Shown here one piece after another: positions 1 to 8,424 of a DNA stretch of 48,954 bases. The notes beneath the pieces were generated by a model that saw only the letters and a list, made by a program, of their open reading frames with translations, had not been told where the DNA came from and did not search any database. A program made the translations under genes and the position numbers. The DNA comes from a virus. Numbering within the stretch: the first letter of the stretch is position 1; each line of letters opens with the position of its first letter. The DNA lies in the IMG/VR virus record IMGVR_UViG_3300022539_000516; one strand, written 5' to 3'.

Positions 1-115
1 AAAAGAGAAAGACTACGAAGAAAAAGACACCGACTAGAAAAAAGAGAAAGACTACGAAGAAAAAGACACCGACTAGAAAAAAGAGAAAGACTACTAAAAA
101 GAGAAAGACTACGAG
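1..115 (+). repeat. 39-bp tandem repeat encoding KKRKTTKKKTPTR
   Basis: aaaagagaaagactacgaagaaaaagacaccgactagaa occurs twice exactly, followed by degenerate copies; a similar unit recurs near 215-290. Confidence 0.9.
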
Positions 116-860
116 GAAGAAGGGCATGACTGTTTCGGTTTCTACTAAGAAGATAATAGCTGAACTGAAAAAGTCTGGAGTTCTCAAGCCTGCGTTTTCT
201 ACTCCTAGAAAGAAAAAGAGAAAGTCTACTACTAAGAAGAGAAAGACTACGAAGAAAAAGACGACTAAGAAGAGAAAGAAGTCTAGAGCGAAAAAGAATC
301 CAGTCGTGGAAATTCTTGAAGGACTCGGAGCAGTTAATCCAAAGGCAAGAAGGAAGACTCGCAAGAAATACAGAAGGAAAGCTTATCGCAACCCAGCTGA
401 AGGACCATTTACGGTTTTGTGGACTGCACTTGGCGTTAGCATTGGTTGGGCTATAGGAAGACTTATTACCATGGGAATTAGTAGGGTTAAGTTCTTCCAG
501 ACGGCCGAGCTAACTCCGAACTATTTTGCTTATGCTGCACCACTCGCCCTTCCTATAATTCCTCCGATAAAGGATGCACTAGAAGGATTTACGAAGAATT
601 TGAATCTTCCATTTACTTGGGACTCTGTTTTTGCAGGCATTGGTGTAAGCGCAATATTCGGAATAGCTAAACCGTTTGTAGCCAATATGGCAGAAACCAG
701 CAGGATAAAGGGTTTCTTGCAAACAATGCTCGGACAGGACGACAGTTCTCCAATCATTATAATACCTTCTGGTCAGTTAACCGGTATGGAAGGTGCTGGC
801 ATAGAAGGTCCTGGTATAGGAGATTGGGGACCGGAACCAGAAGCTGGATGGGGCGATTAA
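1..860 (+). CDS. Lys/Arg/Thr-rich (histone H1-like) protein with C-terminal hydrophobic segments; putative virion core/membrane protein, 5'-truncated
   Basis: The frame of ORF 126..860 is open back to the window start (KRKTTKKKTPTRKKRKTT...). It has basic low-complexity repeats, three NP motifs (KKNP, VNP, YRNP), then hydrophobic helices and an acidic GxG-rich tail. It lies directly upstream of the putative capsid gene. Confidence 0.6.
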   Translation, partial: KRKTTKKKTPTRKKRKTTKKKTPTRKKRKTTKKRKTTRKKGMTVSVSTKKIIAELKKSGVLKPAFSTPRKKKRKSTTKKRKTTKKKTTKKRKKSRAKKNPVVEILEGLGAVNPKARRKTRKKYRRKAYRNPAEGPFTVLWTALGVSIGWAIGRLITMGISRVKFFQTAELTPNYFAYAAPLALPIIPPIKDALEGFTKNLNLPFTWDSVFAGIGVSAIFGIAKPFVANMAETSRIKGFLQTMLGQDDSSPIIIIPSGQLTGMEGAGIEGPGIGDWGPEPEAGWGD

Positions 861-902
861 TTTAAGAAATAATATTATCTAGAAAAAAAGGGGGTGAAAA
901 CA

Positions 903-2089
903 ATGAATGGAATAGGCGACGTTTATGATACCGATGAGTTGGGTGTTTATGATGCAGCTATGGAAGACATGGGCGAAGGCCCGGTAGTAGTCTTTCCGGA
1001 ATCAGACCTTATGGGAATGGGACAAACTGGAGCCGATTTTATACGTAGGCTTCCCAGGGTCAGAAAGCTTCCCCACAAGAAGTATCTGTATCCAAAGTTT
1101 AAGCATCCAGGTAGAGTCAGAGCCGCTGCACTGAGGGAACAAATTACTGACTATTTATACGACACAATTCGCCAAGGAGATTTTGGTACTGGTACATCGT
1201 TCAAAGTGTTCACCAATGTCGGTGGTAAGACTCTGGAGTTTACGAACCTGGAGACTAATGGACAGCTTCCGTGGCAAGAAGCCTTTAAGGTTCTTGGTAT
1301 AGTTGCAGTTCCGACTCCTCCGCAGATAGACAGTATCGCTGAGAAGGCTCAGGTCGAATTAATGACAATGGGTTCTTGGGAATTGTTCATTGGAACGAAC
1401 AAACGTGTCAAAATCGGCACCTTTCAGAAGAAATTCTGGAATGCAAATCCTTCAAAGTCGGGGAAACCCCTGCGAAAATGCGAGGCAATCCCGAGCCAAG
1501 CTCCTTATGGAGAAGGTGTAGAGGCTCGACGGAGGATACCCTTCAATATGGGTAATGAGAGAGTCCAGACCGCAAACATTCTTAATTGAATGGCAGTGAA
1601 AACTGTAGTGGTAAAGCGCAAGAGGCCCAATCGACATGATTTTCAACTTTGAAGTGACTACTGCTATTTACGGACTCGATACAGTGGATGTCTTTTTCTC
1701 ATGGGTAAGGACGCCGTTCATAAGAGATAAGGGATACTATGCATTGTCTGAATACGATGATATTATAATTCCGCCTGGACAGACTTTCTATGTAGACCTT
1801 ACCTTTAGGACCGCTCCTAATCCGACCACGCACGGGTCAGCAAACGGGCCCCTTTCAGAAGAAATTCTGGAATGTAAATCCTTCAAATTCGGGGAAACCC
1901 CTGTAGAAATACGAGGCAATCCCGAGCCAAGTTCATCTAGTAGAAAAGGTGTAGAGACTCGACGGAGGATACCCTTTAGCATGGGTAGTGAGAGAGTCCA
2001 GACCGCAAACATTCTTAATTGAATGGCAGTGAAAACTGTAGTGGTATGTCAAATTCTTCCTGCTTGGTAAGAGAGATAGACCTGCGTAG
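903..2089 (+). CDS. Putative major capsid protein (single jelly-roll-like), split by two group I introns; exons 903-1408, 1617-1837, 2049-2089 (255 aa from ATG 903, 258 aa from GTG 894)
   Basis: Splicing gives ...WELFIGTNKRV|ARGPIDMIFNF...IIIPPGQTFYVDLTFRTAPNPTTHG|FKFFLLGKRDRPA*. The spliced ORF is continuous and beta-rich, with TNLETNGQLP, IPPGQxFxV and a terminal hydrophobic-G-x-x-x-R-P pattern. The capsid call is inferred from pattern and context. Confidence 0.6.
1409..1616 (+). ncRNA. Group I self-splicing intron (IC3-like, ORF-less, 208 nt), copy 1
   Basis: P1 is exon GUGU|C paired with GGCAC, with U1408.G1417 wobble. Core elements are AAGTCGGGGAAACC, GGCAATCCCGAGCCAAG, AAGGTGTAGAGGCTCGACGG and GAGAGAGTCCA; P9 is GCAGTGAAAACTGT. 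The intron ends in G1616 and removal restores the frame. Confidence 0.9.
1838..2048 (+). ncRNA. Group I self-splicing intron (IC3-like, ORF-less, 211 nt), copy 2
   Basis: P1 is exon GGGU|C paired with GGCCC, with U1837.G1848 wobble. The core is near-identical to copy 1 (AAATTCGGGGAAACC, GGCAATCCCGAGCCAAG, GTAGAGACTCGACGG, GAGAGAGTCCA). The intron ends in G2048 and removal gives the C-terminus FKFFLLGKRDRPA*. Confidence 0.9.
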
Positions 2090-2101
2090 TAGAAAGTAAA
2101 T

Positions 2102-2148
2102 ATAGAGAATGCGTAATGTTGACGCAGACCTCTTGCGCATTCTCTATC
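2102..2148 (+). terminator. Stem-loop after the capsid gene (possible terminator or processing hairpin)
   Basis: atagagaatgcgtaa ... ttgcgcattctctat inverted repeat; no clear U-tract on the + strand. Confidence 0.45.
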
Positions 2149-2174
2149 AAAAATTAAAATTTTGCGGGGGATTT

Positions 2175-3065
2175 ATGGAAGCATTAGTTGTAAATAAAGA
2201 GTTTATGGACTCGATGGAAAAATTGCATATAAAGGGTTATAATACTAAAGAAATTAGCAAGGAATTAAATGTTAGTCGCTCAACCTGTTATAAATATCTG
2301 AATATTATGGGTCATAAATTTTATACTACTAATCCTAAAAAATATGATAGATTTAATGTACCATTAACTAAAGATGAATCATGGGTTTTAGGAGTTTTAA
2401 CTTCTGACGGAAGTATTACAAGAAATCCTAATGGAGGAAATGGTTTTGTTAGATTGCATGTCAAAGATAAAGAATTAATTGATAAAGTTAGAGATATAGT
2501 TTCAATATTTAATGAACATGAACTAAATGACGGTTTTTTTCAAATTGCATCATATAATAGTGAGTTTATTGAAAAACTTTATAAACTAGGATTACATGAA
2601 AATAAAGTTACAACAGTTTCTCCACCAAACATAGAAAATATAGAATTGAATCATTACATTCGAGGATTATTTGATGGTGATGGACATATAGGACTAACAG
2701 AAACGAAAAAAACTGACCATATAGGTTCTATCAGAACTACATATATAACATCCTCTCGTAACATGATTGAATTTATAAAAAATCAAGCAAATAATTTAGT
2801 TGGATTAAGTCCAAGCATTTTAACGAAATATTCTGAATGGAGTACGAATCCATGTTATACTTTTGCACTATCTGGTAAAAAAGCATTTCTTTGGCTTTCT
2901 TGGCTTTACAAAGATTCCGAAGATAAAAACAGATTATCAAGGAAGTATAATATTTTTAAACCGTTCAAACAATATTTTAAAATAAATGAAGATAATGAAG
3001 TAGTTCGCAGAGTTATACAAAACCCCAACACATCATCGCAGATGTATTGTTGGGTAAACCCCTAA
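2175..3065 (+). CDS. Free-standing double-motif LAGLIDADG homing endonuclease with N-terminal HTH
   Basis: Motifs SWVLGVLTSDGSI and HYIRGLFDGDGHI; HTH-like TKEISKELNVSRSTCYKYL; C-terminal RLSRKY. GGGGGA precedes ATG 2175 (ORF track start is 2109). More AT-rich than the capsid gene. Confidence 0.88.
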   Translation: MEALVVNKEFMDSMEKLHIKGYNTKEISKELNVSRSTCYKYLNIMGHKFYTTNPKKYDRFNVPLTKDESWVLGVLTSDGSITRNPNGGNGFVRLHVKDKELIDKVRDIVSIFNEHELNDGFFQIASYNSEFIEKLYKLGLHENKVTTVSPPNIENIELNHYIRGLFDGDGHIGLTETKKTDHIGSIRTTYITSSRNMIEFIKNQANNLVGLSPSILTKYSEWSTNPCYTFALSGKKAFLWLSWLYKDSEDKNRLSRKYNIFKPFKQYFKINEDNEVVRRVIQNPNTSSQMYCWVNP

Positions 3066-3082
3066 GCACAAAGGAGGACATA

Positions 3083-4153
3083 ATGTCTTGGGGAAATGAT
3101 GAAGAAGAGCAAGAGACTCCAGAGATAGGAGAAGTTTCTGTCAGAAGGTATGACAGAGCACCGTATGTAAGAAAACCACCTACTGAGTTACACATAAGGC
3201 CAACAGTTGCAATAGGTACGAGAAAAGCTTCTGTTGAAGACATAGTTAAAGAAGAACCTTCTCGTAAAGAACCCCCGCATAAAGAACCCCTGACTGGAAA
3301 AAGAGAATCAGAAGCCAAGGTGGAAGCCAAGACTGTTATGCCATGGCAACGCTGGCGACAATCTTCCCCGTATGTATTCAAATTCGACAATAGTAGTCGC
3401 AATAATGAAATAGGAAATAATTTTCTCTGGACGAAACTTTATAAGAACGCTTATATAAACGAGAGTGGAGATTTCGGAAGTGTTGCAGCTTTACAAAATA
3501 GCCAATTTAACATGAGAGTAGGAAATGAAGACCTTTTTAGCGATTATGTAGACCTTGATGCCGCATTCAATGCAATATACCCCTTAATTCTTCCTATGGG
3601 ATGGTTTATCCCGGCAGGCCAGAGAATGTTATTGTTATTTAGAAACTCATTGGATTCTGATATAGCAAATACTTTCGAATTTTATGCGCACGGATATTTT
3701 CGTCCCGATTGGAAAGAACCAAAATTTCAGCCTCACATATATGTAGTAGGAAAAAATATCCAGTCAGACGGTAATGAGTTTAAGGTAACGATTTCAAAAG
3801 ACCGGCATTTTGTCTTAGAGAAGATTGGAATAATAATCAGGGATTCTAATTTTCAGCATTGTGAAGAATATATAGATGACGGAGTTACAAGTAGTGGTAG
3901 AGGAATTTTAGACCAAGCAGAAGCTAACTTCGGTGCCGCAGACGAATATACTATCTCTCTTAATGTGTATACGCATAACTTGCATAGTCCAAACCAGCTT
4001 ATTAATTCAATAATTGGCCCGATGAGATGGCCGTTCAAAACGAGAGTATTTATACCAAGAGGAACTTACATCACTGGCCAGTTGAATTTTCCTTCAGGAA
4101 CAACGGATATATGGCTTGACCTTTATTTTATCGGATACTTTATCTTTGACTAG
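3083..4153 (+). CDS. Putative virion structural protein with two tandem beta-sandwich (jelly-roll-like) repeats
   Basis: GGAGG RBS before ATG 3083. Two internal repeats, WFIPAGQRMLL..FEFYAHGYF and VFIPRGTYITG..LDLYFIGYF, echo the capsid C-terminal pattern. Confidence 0.45.
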   Translation: MSWGNDEEEQETPEIGEVSVRRYDRAPYVRKPPTELHIRPTVAIGTRKASVEDIVKEEPSRKEPPHKEPLTGKRESEAKVEAKTVMPWQRWRQSSPYVFKFDNSSRNNEIGNNFLWTKLYKNAYINESGDFGSVAALQNSQFNMRVGNEDLFSDYVDLDAAFNAIYPLILPMGWFIPAGQRMLLLFRNSLDSDIANTFEFYAHGYFRPDWKEPKFQPHIYVVGKNIQSDGNEFKVTISKDRHFVLEKIGIIIRDSNFQHCEEYIDDGVTSSGRGILDQAEANFGAADEYTISLNVYTHNLHSPNQLINSIIGPMRWPFKTRVFIPRGTYITGQLNFPSGTTDIWLDLYFIGYFIFD

Positions 4154-4162
4154 GAGAATTTA

Positions 4163-4717
4163 ATGGAACGAAGATTAATAGACAGAGATAAACCGTGGGA
4201 GCCTGAACAGAATCGTGGATTGGGGGGAGCAGATGATGTAAGTGGCCCGTATCCCCAGATTCTCATCAGCCCGATTGATAAGCACCTAAGACTTAATTGT
4301 AATTTTAGTCCGGCTGGTGGACCGCAGAATCAAACCAGAGTGCTTATGCGTGGAACACCGGGAAAATTAATATATATCCCGAGAATTTGTGTCATCTGCA
4401 TTCCTCTGGACCAAGCCGACTTTTATGATATACAGAGACGAATAACAATATCCCTTCTTTTGAATACGAACACGATTTCCGATGTTGAATTTCTTCTGTC
4501 AACTCCATTCCAGGAGAATTGGATAACTGAATTGTTGCAATTACCTTTGCAGGCATCAGATGTATTGTCGGTGAATGTAGTATGGGACGAAACGCAGATG
4601 GTACAGCATCGTTACCTCTATTTTAGGTATAAGGGGCTTCGAATACCCGAAGATATATTCCAAACTTTAACACCGATTGAGAGGATAGAGATATGCCGAA
4701 CATATTTAAGAATTTAG
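4163..4717 (+). CDS. Putative structural beta-rich protein (minor capsid-like)
   Basis: Good RBS; GLGG motif near the N-terminus; LPLQASDVLSVNV..LYFRYKGLRIP resembles the pattern in neighbouring genes. Confidence 0.4.
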   Translation: MERRLIDRDKPWEPEQNRGLGGADDVSGPYPQILISPIDKHLRLNCNFSPAGGPQNQTRVLMRGTPGKLIYIPRICVICIPLDQADFYDIQRRITISLLLNTNTISDVEFLLSTPFQENWITELLQLPLQASDVLSVNVVWDETQMVQHRYLYFRYKGLRIPEDIFQTLTPIERIEICRTYLRI

Positions 4718-5181
4718 GAAAAACAAAGTTTTTCGTTGCGACATTAGTTATTGCGTCAGTAATTGGAATGTTTGTTCTATCTAATTTGCCTCAAGGTATA
4801 GATGAAGCACGTTCGCAAACATCGACTTATTCATGGATAGATGTATGGAATTTATGGACAAACATTACTATTGATAGCCTTGCGGCAGATACCAGTTTTG
4901 AAGTAGAAATAAGGAGATATGGATACTTCGGTATACAATATATGACAGAATCTACTTTAGGGACTCCCAAAATTGATATAGTATATCAGTTATCTATGAC
5001 AACTGATTATTGGAGTACGGCAGCAGATTCTTTAATAGAGGATGATTTAACGACAGAGAATACTTGGTATATAAAATCGTTTAATCCTCCTCCTGCAAGG
5101 TATCTCAGGATAATAGTTAGAGGGCAAGTGGGTAATCGTTCTGATTCAACAATATGGATGTGGTTAGCCACAGGAAGTTAA
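4693..5181 (+). CDS. Membrane-anchored beta-sandwich protein (putative virion protein)
   Basis: N-terminal TM helix (FFVATLVIASVIGMFVL); PARYLRIIVRG strand. Confidence 0.45.
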   Translation: MPNIFKNLGKTKFFVATLVIASVIGMFVLSNLPQGIDEARSQTSTYSWIDVWNLWTNITIDSLAADTSFEVEIRRYGYFGIQYMTESTLGTPKIDIVYQLSMTTDYWSTAADSLIEDDLTTENTWYIKSFNPPPARYLRIIVRGQVGNRSDSTIWMWLATGS

Positions 5182-5200
5182 ACTATGCAGTCAGGAATAT

Positions 5201-5902
5201 ATGAGGAAAATGATAGCATTTCTTTCCATACTGGCATTATCTGGTATAGGGTTTGCTATTTATGGTTATACTAGAAAATTGCAAGCACCAGCTCCGATTG
5301 CAACACCAATAGATTTTTATAAAGTAACACCGCAAATTCCTGCCAATTTAGAAAATCTTGTTTCTAAAATAAAATCCAGTTACGGAAAGATAATAAAAAA
5401 GAAATCTTTAGAATTTAATGTACCAGAAGAATATATTTACTATGTCATAATAAGAGAATCAAGGGGGAATCCAAAAGCAAGTAGATATTATAGCCATCTA
5501 AAAACTTATTCGATAGGATTAATGCAAATACTTCCAAAGACTGCTAAAAATTTGGGTTATAAAGAGGGAATTGGGAATAAGAAAAAGTTAACTGGATTAT
5601 TTAATCCAGAAATAAATATTCATTATGGGACAAAGTTATTGGCCGATGAATATAAATATTTCAAAGATTTTGCTCCTGTTGTGGCCGCATATAGTATAGG
5701 TAGGGATAGAGCTAAAATACTATGGGAAAAATCGGGACATAATTTGAGCAAGTTTATAATTGAGTTAAGAAAAAGAGATAGATATATAACTACTTTAATG
5801 AGAAAAAAGGGATACAAGGATTTTATAGCTGTTAGTGGAAATTATGTAGAAGAGGCGTTTGTAAATCCAAATAAGATTGAACAAATAAGCTATTTAGTAT
5901 AG
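5201..5902 (+). CDS. Lytic transglycosylase (SLT domain) with N-terminal membrane anchor
   Basis: IIRESRGNPKA (catalytic Glu), GLMQI, NIHYGTKLL and AAYS motifs; hydrophobic N-terminus. Confidence 0.88.
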   Translation: MRKMIAFLSILALSGIGFAIYGYTRKLQAPAPIATPIDFYKVTPQIPANLENLVSKIKSSYGKIIKKKSLEFNVPEEYIYYVIIRESRGNPKASRYYSHLKTYSIGLMQILPKTAKNLGYKEGIGNKKKLTGLFNPEINIHYGTKLLADEYKYFKDFAPVVAAYSIGRDRAKILWEKSGHNLSKFIIELRKRDRYITTLMRKKGYKDFIAVSGNYVEEAFVNPNKIEQISYLV

Positions 5903-5911
5903 GAGGAGAAA

Positions 5912-7258
5912 ATGAATAGAACAAAACATAAGCGTCCTAGGTCAATTTTTATCAATTGGAAAGATGAAATAGAGGATAAGGATTTTGTTCCTGGTTCAAA
6001 AGAAACAGAAGAATTTGTTCGTAAATTGTGGAGAGACGAAGCTTTATCTATGGAAGAAAAAAATATATTAATGGAATTGATTCAAGACAAGATAGAAGAG
6101 GCTGGTGGGTATAGAGAATCCGAAGAAAATCCTTTGGTTGACAGAGAATTTCTTGAAGAGTATAGAGAGGGATTGGCGAGGAGACCGCTTTCTACAATTC
6201 ATCCTTATCCACAGGAATTATTGGATGAAGAAGGTGAACCTATGAGTGAAGAAGATAAATTGAGAAGAATTAAAAGGAGAAAATACAAAGAAAACACAAT
6301 TTACATAGGTTATCCCAAGCGACGCAGGAAAAAGAAGAAGATAAGAAAAACTAGAACCACAAGACCTGCAAGAAAACCTATTCCAAAAAGAACAATTTCA
6401 AGAGAAGGGATGGTATCAGGGAAAAGGGGTAGACGTCCCTGGTGGTATTTAAAACCTCCTGTTTATGTAACGACCAAAAGAGATGAAAAGGTATGGGAGA
6501 AAGCATGTCGTAGAGCATCACAGGGTGGTAAAGAACCTTCTTATGGCGGTGTTACTCAAATATATAAGACATATTTAGCAAGAGCTGGAAGACCATATGT
6601 GAGTAAGTCAGTAGCAAACATAGAGGGGGAGGAAATGATTTTTGGATGTTTAAATTGTGAACATACCTTTAAACATAGCGCTGGTAGGGATGTTAAGTGT
6701 CCTGAATGTGGAAGTTATGAAACTAATGCGTGGAAGGAAGCAAGTGAGAACATAGAGGGGACAGAAATGGACGACTTTTTAGATATAGCAGACTATATGG
6801 TGCATGAATGTTCTATTGAACCAGATAATGTGAGCGATGAAGAAATAAAAGATGCTTTGAGCACTTTCGGTTTAGCTGAGTCGAAAGAGAATATAGTAAA
6901 GGTTCGAGAAATACTCTTGAACGTTTTATCCGAAGAAGATTCTATAGATAGAGAACGCAAAAGTTTAACTAAAGAAGAGTTTGAGGAAATGCAGGAACAC
7001 CCCCAAGCTGAAGAAAATCGTCTTATTGCAGTGCCTGCCGGGTTGATGTTTCAGAAAGCATACGGGTGGACAAAAACAAAGGTGAAATCGTGGCTTAAAG
7101 GAGAAGGATTGAGAGTTCCAAAGAATACTGAAATACAGAGCATAAAGATTAACAACAGATTGTTTTTTAAAGTAAAATTAAAGGAAGTCTCGAAAGATGT
7201 TTCTTATGCCCAGAAACATTTAGGCGAAGGAGTGTGGGCATTTTATGCGAAGACGTAG
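5912..7258 (+). CDS. Modular hypothetical protein (Asn-motif-delimited polyprotein-like; includes a zinc ribbon)
   Basis: EENP, KENT, ANIEGEEM, ENIEGTEM and EENR junctions; CxxC..CPECGS ribbon; the last module resembles the C-terminal module of 18229..20151. Confidence 0.6.
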   Translation: MNRTKHKRPRSIFINWKDEIEDKDFVPGSKETEEFVRKLWRDEALSMEEKNILMELIQDKIEEAGGYRESEENPLVDREFLEEYREGLARRPLSTIHPYPQELLDEEGEPMSEEDKLRRIKRRKYKENTIYIGYPKRRRKKKKIRKTRTTRPARKPIPKRTISREGMVSGKRGRRPWWYLKPPVYVTTKRDEKVWEKACRRASQGGKEPSYGGVTQIYKTYLARAGRPYVSKSVANIEGEEMIFGCLNCEHTFKHSAGRDVKCPECGSYETNAWKEASENIEGTEMDDFLDIADYMVHECSIEPDNVSDEEIKDALSTFGLAESKENIVKVREILLNVLSEEDSIDRERKSLTKEEFEEMQEHPQAEENRLIAVPAGLMFQKAYGWTKTKVKSWLKGEGLRVPKNTEIQSIKINNRLFFKVKLKEVSKDVSYAQKHLGEGVWAFYAKT

Positions 7259-7703
7259 GTATTTGCGCAATCAGGATGATTTAGAAGAAGAAGAAAAATC
7301 TATTCCAGAAGAAGACCTGGAAAAAGAGTTAACAGATGAAGAACAAGAAGATTTAAGAGTAATTATTGAAGCTGCTAAAAAATATCCTGACGTAGATGAA
7401 CCATCGAAAAAAGAGCTTGAAGTAATATCAACAGCATTAGAAAGAGAGTCGGTTCATGTTCCTGGAATTTTAGAGCCATTTGATTATGGAGAATTTGATG
7501 TAACATACGAAAGTATTCCATGGGATGAAGTAATGGTATTTGATGAAGAATTTCCAAGAATAACACTTAACCAACTAAGAAAAGAATTTAAAGATTACTC
7601 ACCTGGATGGTATTTGGTATCTGAGACAGAAAAGGCATATGGTTCTTTTGAAAATTTTGATGATGCAGTAAATTTTGCAAAAACTATTATAGCTGACCTA
7701 TGA
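7245..7703 (+). CDS. Acidic hypothetical protein with basic N-terminal leader MRRRRYLRN
   Basis: ORF track; the leader ends in Asn like the junction motif. Confidence 0.6.
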   Translation: MRRRRYLRNQDDLEEEEKSIPEEDLEKELTDEEQEDLRVIIEAAKKYPDVDEPSKKELEVISTALERESVHVPGILEPFDYGEFDVTYESIPWDEVMVFDEEFPRITLNQLRKEFKDYSPGWYLVSETEKAYGSFENFDDAVNFAKTIIADL

Positions 7704-8407
7704 TACCACATAAAGTTTTAGGTGTAGAATATGACGCTTCTCCAGAAGAAATTAAGAAAGCATATTATAAATTAGCACATAAATATCATCCAGACCATGC
7801 TCCTAAGAATAAGCAAGAAGAATATAAAGATAAATTTATAGAAGTTAAAAATGCATATGATTTAATCAAAGATAAGAAATATGAGCATTCAATTATTGAT
7901 TTAATAGAAAGAACAAGAGATAGATATGATTTTGAAAGATATGAATATACAGACATTGAGTATAGCGAAAATGATGTAATTTACAGAATGATTTTATCAA
8001 AAGATGAGTGGATTAATGGAACATCACGAATCATAGAATACAAAAGATATGCTAAATGTCGTGTGTGCAAAGGAAAAGCTACAAAAGATAATATTTGGGA
8101 AGCATGCCCTGTTTGTCGAGGATTTGGTGCACTGAGGATAAATTTCGGATTTTTCTCATTTATTGCAGGTGAATATGTAATAAGGTGTAAGACTTGTGAT
8201 GGAAGAGGAAGAAAGCCGTTACATAAATGTCTTGATTGTTTTGGGTCTGGAAGGGCAATAGAAACAGCTAGAATAAAAGTTGATGTACCTTCAGAATGGA
8301 ATTTTGAAGATTTAATAATAATTGATAAGTGTGGTCATTATGATATTAAAAGAGAAAGAAGGAAACATACAACTGGGGATTTAATAATAGAAGTGTATAG
8401 AGAATAA
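7700..8407 (+). CDS. DnaJ-like co-chaperone (J domain plus CxxCxGxG zinc finger)
   Basis: VLGV..ASPEEIKKAYYKLAHKYHPD; four CxxCxGxG-type repeats; lacks a G/F linker and is shorter than bacterial DnaJ. Confidence 0.88.
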   Translation: MIPHKVLGVEYDASPEEIKKAYYKLAHKYHPDHAPKNKQEEYKDKFIEVKNAYDLIKDKKYEHSIIDLIERTRDRYDFERYEYTDIEYSENDVIYRMILSKDEWINGTSRIIEYKRYAKCRVCKGKATKDNIWEACPVCRGFGALRINFGFFSFIAGEYVIRCKTCDGRGRKPLHKCLDCFGSGRAIETARIKVDVPSEWNFEDLIIIDKCGHYDIKRERRKHTTGDLIIEVYRE

Positions 8408-8424
8408 ATGAGGAGAAAAATGAT

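Noticed and set aside
1617-1660. Alternative 3' splice site of intron 1 at G1638 (gatttt could pair with aaaatc as P10)
   Set aside because: It gives an in-frame stop within a few codons, whereas G1616 matches the end of intron 2 and preserves the frame.
894-2022. Two separate genes (894..1589 and 1636..2022) with a duplicated C-terminal domain
   Set aside because: The shared tails (..RRRIPF.MG.ERVQTANILN) are read-through translations of the two introns; splicing gives a single ORF.
1409-2048. tRNA genes hosting the trnL-like introns
   Set aside because: The flanks are protein-coding exons and no cloverleaf was seen here or elsewhere in the window.
2109-3065. LAGLIDADG as an intein domain or an intron-encoded ORF
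   Set aside because: There are no intein splice motifs (N-terminal C/S, C-terminal HN), and intron 2 closes at 2048, before the ORF starts.
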